Part shown: one piece after another, positions 9,678 through 17,845 of the stretch | How positions within the stretch are numbered: position 1 is the first letter of the stretch | Layout: every line of letters starts with the position of its first letter | Made by a program: the position numbers and the translations under genes | Assembly (NCBI GenBank): GCA_963674965.2 | Contig: CAXXFL010000002.1 | Span: forward strand, 384,001-448,000 | From: a bacterium | GTDB lineage: Bacteria > RBG-13-61-14 > DATKZS01 | Length of the DNA stretch: 64,000 bases | Direction of reading: 5' to 3' | The notes under the pieces: generated by a model | What the model saw: the letters and a program-made list of their open reading frames with translations, nothing else | Database searches by the model: none | Told to the model about the DNA's origin: nothing

Positions 9678-10823
9678 ATGGATCAAAAAAAGCTTTGGCG
9701 GCTGGGTGCGTTCGCTGGGGCCATCGTTTTGTTCGTGCTCCTTTTGGACCTTTTCAGCGCGGCCCTTACTCCCGTGTTCATCGCCGTTTTCCTGGCCTAT
9801 CTTCTCGATCCGGTCATAGACAGGCTCGAGGCCCGAAAAATCAACCGATCGGTGGCCATTTTTATTCTAGCCGGGATCGTGGTCGTGACCATCGGCTTCG
9901 TGGGCGTCTTTTTGCTCATCCAGGCGCAGAGGGAGCTGGTTGACCTCTATCACGAGCTACCCACTTATCTGGGAAGGGTGCAGAAGTCGGTCTCTCCCCT
10001 CCTCAGCGAGCACCTGGGCGTCGAGATACCCGAGAGCTTCCATGACGCGGTCGAGGAGATTAAAAAACAGCTGCTGAGCATGGACGACGAACAGGCGGGC
10101 GAGCTGAGCGATCAGGTCAAGAGCATCGCGCCCACGGCCCTGAAGCCGGTCACCTATATCGTAACCAAGGCCACCTCGAGCACCCTGGCCTTCGTGGGCT
10201 GGGTGGTGGGCCTGGCCATTATTCCCGTCTACCTTTTTTATTTCCTTCGCGACTGGGACCTTATGAAGGAAAAGGCCGCGGAATACCTTCCCCTCCAGTA
10301 TCGCGACTACGTGGTGGAAAAGGCTAAAAAGATAGACGAGATACTGGGCGCCTTCATCCGGGGACAGCTCACCATTTGCGTGGTTCTGGGCGTTCTGTAC
10401 AGCCTGGGTCTCATGATCGCGGGCGTGGACATGGCCGTGGTCATCGGCATGTTCGCGGGCCTGGCCTTTATCGTCCCTTACCTGGGCACGGTAATAGGCG
10501 TGGTGGCGGCCACGGTCATGGCCCTGCTCGAGTCGGGCGTGTCTTTTCAGCTCCTGGGAGTATGGGCCGTTTTTATCGTGGTCCAGCTTTTCGAGGGGAC
10601 CCTGTTAACGCCCAAGGTCATGGGCGACAAGGTCGGACTTTCGCCCGTGGTGGTGATTTTCGCCCTCATGGCCGGCGCGGGCCTCTTCGGGCTGCTCGGC
10701 ATGCTGGTGGCCGTGCCTGCGGCGGCCGTGATCAAGGTCTTCGTGGACGAGGGCCTGGAGAAATACAAGAAGTCGGAGATTTACCTCGGCCTTTCCGATA
10801 AGGAAGGGGAGGGCGGTCCCTAA
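9678..10823 (+). CDS. AI-2E family transporter (PerM-like)
   Basis: LAYLLDPVIDRLE, FYFLRD, FIRGQL, IVPYLG, QLFEGTLLTPKVMGDKVGLSP. Confidence 0.9.
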   Translation: MDQKKLWRLGAFAGAIVLFVLLLDLFSAALTPVFIAVFLAYLLDPVIDRLEARKINRSVAIFILAGIVVVTIGFVGVFLLIQAQRELVDLYHELPTYLGRVQKSVSPLLSEHLGVEIPESFHDAVEEIKKQLLSMDDEQAGELSDQVKSIAPTALKPVTYIVTKATSSTLAFVGWVVGLAIIPVYLFYFLRDWDLMKEKAAEYLPLQYRDYVVEKAKKIDEILGAFIRGQLTICVVLGVLYSLGLMIAGVDMAVVIGMFAGLAFIVPYLGTVIGVVAATVMALLESGVSFQLLGVWAVFIVVQLFEGTLLTPKVMGDKVGLSPVVVIFALMAGAGLFGLLGMLVAVPAAAVIKVFVDEGLEKYKKSEIYLGLSDKEGEGGP

Positions 10824-10932
10824 AAAGGACCGGCGGCCTGAGCCGGCGCCAAAGTCGGCGAGATAAATTATAAGAGCGGAGTTATTCCAACTATAGCGCC
10901 GCGCCGTCCGCCTTATAAACAACCGGGAGGAC

Positions 10933-11670
10933 ATGATGGAACAGTTTGACAGAAGAGGACTGATAGGAATTTTAGGCGCCTCGGCGGCGGGGCTGGTGGC
11001 GGTCTCTTCCTCGGCCTCGGCCAAATCGAGGGACAAGGATGAAAAGGGGACTGAAGAGGGCGAGTTAAAGCCCATTACCGCCTACGAGCTTCCGGACCTT
11101 CCATATCCGGCCGACGCGCTCGAGCCTCATCTTGACGCCGAGACCTTGGCCATCCACCACGGCAAGCACCACGCGTCCTACGTGAAGGGACTTAACGACG
11201 CGCTCGAGAAAATGGCCGTGGCCCAGAAGAGCGGGAACTTCGATTCCATTCAGGCCATCTCGAGGGCCATCGCCTTTCACGGCGCCGGCCACGAGCTTCA
11301 TACGCTGTACTTCGCCAACCTCGGGCCTCACTCCGAGCCGCCCAAGGGAGTGCTGGCCGAGGCGCTAACCCTCCAGTTCGGGAGCCTCGAGACCATGAAG
11401 GCCCACCTGGCCGCGGCCACCAACAAGGTCGCCGGCAGCGGATGGGGAATGCTGGCCTACGAGCCCCTCGGCTCGAGGCTCCTCGTCCTCCAGATCGAAA
11501 AGCACGAGAACCAGATCATTCCCGGCGCCGTGCCCCTCCTGGTCATCGACGCCTGGGAACACGCCTACTATCTCAAGTACCAGAACAAAAGGGCCGATTA
11601 CGTCTCCGCCGTCATGAACGTAATCGACTGGGCCAGGGTGGAGGAAAGGTTCGAGAGGGCGCTCGCGTGA
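10933..11670 (+). CDS. sod: Fe/Mn superoxide dismutase with Tat signal peptide
   Basis: FDRRGLIG twin-arginine leader; LPDLPY..LEPH, HHGKHH, HELHTLYF, GSGWG, DAWEHAYY. Confidence 0.92.
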   Translation: MMEQFDRRGLIGILGASAAGLVAVSSSASAKSRDKDEKGTEEGELKPITAYELPDLPYPADALEPHLDAETLAIHHGKHHASYVKGLNDALEKMAVAQKSGNFDSIQAISRAIAFHGAGHELHTLYFANLGPHSEPPKGVLAEALTLQFGSLETMKAHLAAATNKVAGSGWGMLAYEPLGSRLLVLQIEKHENQIIPGAVPLLVIDAWEHAYYLKYQNKRADYVSAVMNVIDWARVEERFERALA

Positions 11671-11877
11671 ATGTCGCCTCGGCAACTTGAGCCAAGGCAA
11701 TTCATTCTTCTTCTCCCGCCGCGGCCGTCTTCATTTACTTTTGGAGTGGTGAGAAAATTGTTAACGGCGGATAGCCGACGGCTTTCGGCTTGTGGAGCCT
11801 GATCGTTCGTTCGCTTTGCCGGTATTGTGAAAAAATGTTATCTTTGTTAGTGACGTCTTTGATGGAGGGGTTATAAA

Positions 11878-12078
11878 ATGTCCAAAGTCGAGAAACTTGA
11901 GCGTGAAGTCAGCGATCTCAGCCGCTCCGAGTTGGCGGCTTTCAGGGAATGGTTCATGGAGTATGACGCGGCTGAGTGGGACCGTCAGATAGAAATAGAT
12001 TGCCGTTCGGGCAAGCTGGATAAATTGGCTGAAAAGGCCCTTGCCGATCATCGGACGGGCGGGACCGAAAAGATTTGA
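11878..12078 (+). CDS. Putative antitoxin (small helical protein)
   Basis: GGAGG RBS; MSKVEKLEREV..FREWF..WDRQIE.D..SGKLDKLA pattern; stop overlaps TTG of a toxin-like gene. Confidence 0.7.
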   Translation: MSKVEKLEREVSDLSRSELAAFREWFMEYDAAEWDRQIEIDCRSGKLDKLAEKALADHRTGGTEKI

Positions 12079-12328
12079 ATCATTTCGTGGGCCGAGTTTC
12101 TGGGATTGCTACCATAAACTGCCGACAAAAGTGCAAAAACTCGCCGACAAAAACTTCGAGCTTCTGAAAAGAGACCCCAGTCATCCGTCGCTTCATTTTA
12201 AAAAGATTGGACAATACCGGTCGGCGCGGGTGGGCGTTCATTACCGGGCGTTGGCGATCGAAGTCCATGATGGACTTTTATGGTTTTGGATAGGGAGTCA
12301 TGCGGACTACGATAAAATTAACGAGTGA
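12075..12328 (+). pseudogene. RelE/ParE-like toxin with apparent 1-bp deletion near 12087-12091
   Basis: TTG AAT CAT TTC (MNHF), then out of frame GPSFWDCYHKLP..HPSLHFKKIG..SARVG.HYRAL..WFWIGSHADYD. Confidence 0.7.
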
Positions 12329-12427
12329 AAAGATTAGCCTTGATGGACCGTAACGCGTCAATCCTGGCTTAATAAAACATGGAACTATGCCGGACGTCCG
12401 CTTGATACGCGGCGAAGTGGGAGATTG

Positions 12428-13249
12428 ATGAACGATTTCAGGGAAAAGGTAGTGATCGTGACCGGGGCGTCGGAGGGCATCGGGCGGGCGTTTTGCCTGG
12501 CCTTGGCGCCGATGGGAGCGCGGTTGGCGCTGGCGGCGAGGAACGAGGAGAGGCTGAGGGAGCTTAAAAGGGAGGTCGAGGAAAAGGGGGGAGAGGCCAT
12601 AGTGGTTCCCACCGACGTGACCGACGAGTCGGCCTGCCGGGCGCTTGTCGAGAGGACGGTCGAGGAATGGGGACGCTTGGACGTGCTGGTCAACAACGCG
12701 GGCCAGACCATGTGGACGCGGATGGACGAGATGAAGGACGTCTCGATCTACGAGCGGCTCATGCGTCTCAATTACCTGGGAAGCGTGTACTGCACCTTTC
12801 ACGCCCTCGAGCATTTGAAGAAGACGAGGGGAAGGATCGTGGCCGTCTCGAGCATAGCCGGCTATATGGCCGTTCCCTGCCGCACGGCCTACTCGGCCAC
12901 CAAGCACGCCATGGCCGGCTTCTTCGATTCCCTCCGCGTCGAGCTGAGGGAGTTCGGCGTGTCCGTTACCATCGTGGCGCCGGACTTCGTGGTTTCCCAC
13001 ATCCACGACCGCGCCCTTGACGGGCAAGGCAACGAGCTGGGCAAAAGCCCCATGGCGGGGGAGGGCATCATGACCGCCGAGCGCTGCGCCGAGATGATGG
13101 CCCAGGCCGTAGCGAAAAGGAAGCGTCTTCTCATCACGACGCCCCGCGCCCGTCTGGGCCGTCTGCTCCGCGTTCTGGCTCCGGCCCTGGCCGAGGACCT
13201 GGCGGCCCGCGAGATCGCCAAGGGCACGAGGAGACTGAAGGAAGATTGA
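12428..13249 (+). CDS. Short-chain dehydrogenase/reductase
   Basis: TGASEGIG, NNAG, YSATK (YxxxK). Confidence 0.92.
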   Translation: MNDFREKVVIVTGASEGIGRAFCLALAPMGARLALAARNEERLRELKREVEEKGGEAIVVPTDVTDESACRALVERTVEEWGRLDVLVNNAGQTMWTRMDEMKDVSIYERLMRLNYLGSVYCTFHALEHLKKTRGRIVAVSSIAGYMAVPCRTAYSATKHAMAGFFDSLRVELREFGVSVTIVAPDFVVSHIHDRALDGQGNELGKSPMAGEGIMTAERCAEMMAQAVAKRKRLLITTPRARLGRLLRVLAPALAEDLAAREIAKGTRRLKED

Positions 13250-13291
13250 GGCGCCGGCGGGACCGGGCCGGATGAAGGGACGATATTACTT

Positions 13292-14389
13292 ATGACCGGA
13301 CAAGGCCAGGGCGGCAGGGAAAAATGCCGGGCCGAGGGTTGCAACCGCTGGCCTCTGGGAGGGTCGCGTTATTGCGCTGTCCATCTGGTGGCCGAGGGAC
13401 AGGCGGGCGTGGTGGCCTGGCGGCAAAAGATCGCGGCCAATAAGGGGTCCCTGGCGGGAGTGTTCCTCGAGCGGGCGCCTCTCCAGGAGCTTAAACTGGA
13501 CCAGGCCAACTTGCAGGGGGCCTACCTCATGGGCGCGGACCTGTCCGGGTCCGACCTTCGCTGGGCCAACTTCGGGCCCGAGCCGGGCAGGGTAACGGAC
13601 CTTCGCGGGGCGCTCCTGAAAAACGCGAGGCTGGAGGGGGCCAATTTCAAGGGCGCCGAGCTTACGGGCGCCGACCTGGCCGGGTCCAGCCTGGAGGGGG
13701 CCAAGTTCATGAACGCGTCCATGGAGGGGGCGGCTCTCGCGGGATGCGCGGCCATGGGCGCGAAGTTCGTGGAGGCCAATTGCCGGTCCGTCAATTTCGG
13801 CTCCTCCAACCTGGGGGGGGCCGACTTCTATTTCGCCGATTTAATGAGCGCCAACCTGGCCGACTGCAACCTGGCGGGAGCGGACCTTCGGGGGGTCCGC
13901 CTTTGGGGCGCGGACCTTTCCCACTCGAGGCTGGCCCACTCGAACCTGACGGGCGCGAGATATAACGAGCTGTTGGCGCTTCCCGATTTCCTGCAGGGTC
14001 CCTACGTCAAGCTCTGGCTGATGATAAAGGGCAAGGACCACGACCTTTCGCTCGGCGCCGTCCGCCGCGTCTGCGAGGAGATCAACCGGGAGGCCAAAGG
14101 CCACGAGGAATTATACTCGTCGCCTCCCTGCCGCATGCTATACCCAACTCGCTTCAAGGGCATAAGCGAGATCGAGACCGCCTCGGGCGACTCCGCCCTT
14201 TACTATTACATGAAAAAGATAGGGCCCATCGAGCTTCGGCTTGAAAGAAGCGAGTTGGGCGGCGCGGACCGCCTCATAAACCTCGTTTGGGGGTTGACCG
14301 CGGGCTACGGAAGAAATCCGTGGCTCATGGCCTTCTGGACCCTGGTCGGAGCGGGTATTTTCGCGTCCCTTATCGCGCTGGCCCGATAG
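13292..14389 (+). CDS. Pentapeptide-repeat protein with N-terminal Cys/His motif and C-terminal TM helix
   Basis: Long A(N/D)LxG pentapeptide array; CRAEGC..YCAVH; GYGRNPW followed by a hydrophobic tail. Confidence 0.85.
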   Translation: MTGQGQGGREKCRAEGCNRWPLGGSRYCAVHLVAEGQAGVVAWRQKIAANKGSLAGVFLERAPLQELKLDQANLQGAYLMGADLSGSDLRWANFGPEPGRVTDLRGALLKNARLEGANFKGAELTGADLAGSSLEGAKFMNASMEGAALAGCAAMGAKFVEANCRSVNFGSSNLGGADFYFADLMSANLADCNLAGADLRGVRLWGADLSHSRLAHSNLTGARYNELLALPDFLQGPYVKLWLMIKGKDHDLSLGAVRRVCEEINREAKGHEELYSSPPCRMLYPTRFKGISEIETASGDSALYYYMKKIGPIELRLERSELGGADRLINLVWGLTAGYGRNPWLMAFWTLVGAGIFASLIALAR

Positions 14390-14420
14390 AGTCCGACTTG
14401 GCGGCCAGGCGGGATTGAGG

Positions 14421-15947
14421 TCAAGGCGCCAGGTCGTCGAGCGCCTTCGCGAGCTCGTCTATCCGGAAGGGCTTTTTAACGAACCCCTTGAAGCCGTGCT
14501 CCTTGAACTGGGCCATGACCGGGTCGTTGGAATAACCGCTGGCGATGATGATCTTTGCCGACGGGTCGATCTCCCTCAGATTTTTCGCCACCTCGAGTCC
14601 TCCCATGCCGCCGGGTATGGTCAGGTCGGTAATTACCGCGTTGAAAGGCTCGCCTTTTTCCATGGCTTTCCGGTAGAGGGCCACGCCCCGGGCCCCGTCC
14701 TGGGCGGTCCTCGATCCGTAGCCGAGGGACTCGAGCATCCTTGAAATTATGGCAAGCAATATTTCCTCGTCGTCGATCACGAGCACGCGCCCTTTTCCTC
14801 GTCCGGCCTTGGGGGTTGGCGCTTCCGGCGGCGGGATTTTTTTGCCGGGCACGGCGGGGAGGTAGAAGGTAAAGGTGGTTCCTTTTCCCAGTTCCGACTC
14901 GACCGAGACGTCTCCATCGTGTTGTTTGACGATCGAGTAGGAGGTGGCCAGTCCCAATCCGCTTCCCTTGGCCTTGGTGGTGAAATAGGGGTCGAAAATC
15001 CTGGGGAGGTATTCCTCGGGTATCCCCTGCCCGGAGTCGGACACCATGACCTTGATATAATCTCCGGGCCTCAGGGACGCGGACTCTTCTCGGCCGACGC
15101 GGACGTTTTCGGCCTTTACGCTTACCACGCCCCCGTAAGGCATGGCGTGATCGGCGTTAATAAGCAGGTTGTTGAGCACCTGGCCGATCTGACTCTCGTC
15201 GATGTCGACCATCCACAGGTCCTCGGGGAATGAAGCGACGCATTTGACGTTCGAGCCTCGAAGCACGAACCCGGCCGACTCGCGGACGAGGCCCGAGAAG
15301 GACGCGGTCTTCCTGATGGGTTCTCCTCCCTTGGAGAAAGTAAGCAGCTGGTTGGTAAGGTCCCTCGCCCTGAGCGCAGCTTGCTCGGCCTCCTCCAAGA
15401 GATATATAACGTCCTCTCCCCTCTCGTCCTCGAGCTTGGCCAGAGAAATGTTGCCCAGCACTCCCGAAAGAATATTGTTAAAGTCGTGCGCGATGCCGCC
15501 GGCCAGGACCCCTATCGACTCGAGCCTCTCGGACTTTTGCATCTCCGCCTCGGCCCTTTTGCGCTCCGTGACGTCGCGGACGAACCCCTGTATCTGGCCC
15601 TCGCCCTGCCTGTGAACCACCCTGGCGCTGACCTCGACGGGAACGGCGGTCCCGTCCTTCCCGATATGCTCGCCCTCGAAAATCAGGCTGTCCCGGGATA
15701 AGAGGACCTCCATGCGCTCAGGAAGAAACTCGGCGTTCTCCGGGGAGTCGATAATCGAGAGGTTCGAGCCTATAAGTTCCTCCCGGCCGTACCCCACCAT
15801 CTTGCAGGCGTTCTCGTTGACGTCTATTATATTGCCCTTGAAATCGTGAATATAGATGGCCTCGTTCACGTTCTCGATCATGGTCCGATACTTTTGCTCG
15901 CTCTCTTTCAGGGCTTTTTGAGATATCTTGATCTCGGTGATGTCCAT
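14421..15947 (-). CDS. PAS hybrid histidine kinase/response regulator (CckA-like)
   Basis: PAS; LAGGIAHDFNNIL H-box; NLLINA, DSGQG, FDPYFTTK, GSGLGL; C-terminal REC (VIDDE, ITDLTIP, KP). Confidence 0.9.
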   Translation of the reverse strand: MDITEIKISQKALKESEQKYRTMIENVNEAIYIHDFKGNIIDVNENACKMVGYGREELIGSNLSIIDSPENAEFLPERMEVLLSRDSLIFEGEHIGKDGTAVPVEVSARVVHRQGEGQIQGFVRDVTERKRAEAEMQKSERLESIGVLAGGIAHDFNNILSGVLGNISLAKLEDERGEDVIYLLEEAEQAALRARDLTNQLLTFSKGGEPIRKTASFSGLVRESAGFVLRGSNVKCVASFPEDLWMVDIDESQIGQVLNNLLINADHAMPYGGVVSVKAENVRVGREESASLRPGDYIKVMVSDSGQGIPEEYLPRIFDPYFTTKAKGSGLGLATSYSIVKQHDGDVSVESELGKGTTFTFYLPAVPGKKIPPPEAPTPKAGRGKGRVLVIDDEEILLAIISRMLESLGYGSRTAQDGARGVALYRKAMEKGEPFNAVITDLTIPGGMGGLEVAKNLREIDPSAKIIIASGYSNDPVMAQFKEHGFKGFVKKPFRIDELAKALDDLAP

Positions 15948-16288
15948 GCGGAGGGGCTGACGTAGGTGAAGGTACCCTCCAGGGTCATGCCCACGAAGCG
16001 GCCGGGGTCGATCCCTTGCCTTGAGAATTCCCGCCCGGCCGTGTAGCCGACCGTCATGTCGCTCTCGATTATGGACGGATAAGAGTCGGGGTAATTCTCC
16101 GTGATGGCCCTTAGCAGGCCTTCGTCCTCGCCGGACGCTTCCCGCCCGCCTCCGACGGGGGAGGGCTCGCGGATTTCCTCCAGTTCCGCCAGTTTTTCGC
16201 GAAGCTCTTTTAGTTCACGAACAAGCTCGGACTTGTTCTTTTTCATGTCGTGCATTGCGTGGTCCCTCGCGGTTGTATTTTTGTTCAT
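15908..16288 (-). pseudogene. Out-of-frame N-terminal remnant (coiled coil plus partial PAS) of the downstream kinase
   Basis: KKNKSELVRELKELR leader, partial PAS, GTFTYVSPS, then 'tcc gc atg gac' joins MDITE one base out of frame. Confidence 0.6.
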
Positions 16289-16413
16289 GGATAAAATAGC
16301 ATATAAATCTATGAGGGCGCGGAAAAAACGCTTCGTCCGTGACCGGTCGCTATAAGGCTCGGAATAAATAGCGCGGCGTCGGCTTGTAACATTATGAAAC
16401 GCGGGAGAGATAA

Positions 16414-17538
16414 ATGGGACCTTTCGATCTTGTGTTCCCCGGGAAGGTAATATTCGGCGCGGGCCGCATAAGGGAGCTTCCCGAGGTCCTTAAGAGTATC
16501 GGCTCGAGAAGGCCGCTTCTGGTCACGGGCATATCTTCCATGGAGAAGAGCGGGGCCCTGTCCCGGGTAGTGGATTCTCTTTCGGGTCTTGAGCCCGGGG
16601 TACACGGGGGGGTAAGACCTAACCTTCCCGCGGAGGACGTTGACGCGATTATCGACTCGATAAGAAGCCTCGAGGCGGACGCCGTGATCGGGATGGGCGG
16701 CGGCTCGGCCCTGGACGGGGCCAAAGCCGCGGCCTGGATGGCCCCCACCGGCAAGGGCGTATGGGACTATGTCAATGGTTTCAGGTCGGGTCGTGGCCTT
16801 CCTTTTTTCTCGGTCCCCACCACCTCGGGCACGGGCAGCGAGGTCACGCCCTTTATCATCCTTCTCGACCGGGGGTGCGAGCGAAAAATCTCCCTTGGCT
16901 CGGAGGCGGCCTTCGCCAGGGCGGCCATCGTTGATCCCGATCTCACGGTTTCCCTTTCCCCCTATCAGACGGCCTCGACGGGCCTGGACGCGCTCAGCCA
17001 TTGCCTGGACAGCTACTGGTCCCGGTTCGCCACGCCTTTCAGCGACGCCGTGAGCCTGGCCTTTGTCCCGATGATCCTGGAGAATCTGGTCCGAGCTTAC
17101 AAGCGTCCGGACGACCTCGAGGCCAGGGCCGCCATGAGCCACGCCTCGATGGCGGCCGGCCTCGCCCTTGCCCAGACGGCCACCTCCGCGGTGCATGGGT
17201 TGACATACCCTCTTTCGGCTATCTATGGCGTTCCTCACGGCATGGCCTGCGCCTTCCTCATGAGGGAGGTCTTCAGCGTCAATTTCCATCACCTGGAGAC
17301 GGAAAAGCAAAAAGCGCTTCTCTACCGAGTGAACGCCAACACCAAGGGAGCGGCCATCGACCTTTTAAGCGACTTATACGCGATCCTCGGCGTTCCCGAC
17401 AAGCTGGAGGACCTGAAAATTTCCTCCTCCGCCATTCCCCGTCTCGCTAACGAGGCCGCCGCTAAAAACATGGAGAGGAATATAACCCGATTCGATGACG
17501 ACAAGATCATGGAAATCTGGAAATCCAAGGTCGGCTGA
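16414..17538 (+). CDS. Iron-containing alcohol dehydrogenase (phosphonoacetaldehyde reductase/HEPD-like)
   Basis: GMGGGSALDGAK, VPTTSGTGSEVT, DALSH, AVHGLTYPL..GVPHG. Confidence 0.85.
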   Translation: MGPFDLVFPGKVIFGAGRIRELPEVLKSIGSRRPLLVTGISSMEKSGALSRVVDSLSGLEPGVHGGVRPNLPAEDVDAIIDSIRSLEADAVIGMGGGSALDGAKAAAWMAPTGKGVWDYVNGFRSGRGLPFFSVPTTSGTGSEVTPFIILLDRGCERKISLGSEAAFARAAIVDPDLTVSLSPYQTASTGLDALSHCLDSYWSRFATPFSDAVSLAFVPMILENLVRAYKRPDDLEARAAMSHASMAAGLALAQTATSAVHGLTYPLSAIYGVPHGMACAFLMREVFSVNFHHLETEKQKALLYRVNANTKGAAIDLLSDLYAILGVPDKLEDLKISSSAIPRLANEAAAKNMERNITRFDDDKIMEIWKSKVG

Positions 17539-17845
17539 GTAAATTTTTTTAAAATTTTACATGGCGAATCATAGAATCAGGCCGTCTGGTTTGTCGAATA
17601 CGGGAATTCGAATTGGTCCTTCTCGACAAGCGCAATCCCACCAATGAGGATTGTCCATCCTAAGCTGTCTTTATTAAATGACAATTTCCTGTTATTGCCG
17701 CGTGGCATTATTTTTTCTCTTTGGCGGCCAGCGGCTTTAAAATTGCAAAAGAAACCCTTGGTAAAAGCACATGGCCTGCAAATTGGCTTTTTTCCATTTG
17801 TATTGCACCAGACGCTTATTGCGCGCCTGAGGGAGGCCGGAAGAA

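Noticed and set aside
11690..12420. Integron cassette around the TA pair
   Set aside because: No convincing attC (RYYYAAC..GTTRRRY with internal palindrome) and no integrase
13490..13960. DNA repeats suggesting an array
   Set aside because: They are coding pentapeptide repeats, not CRISPR; no cas genes
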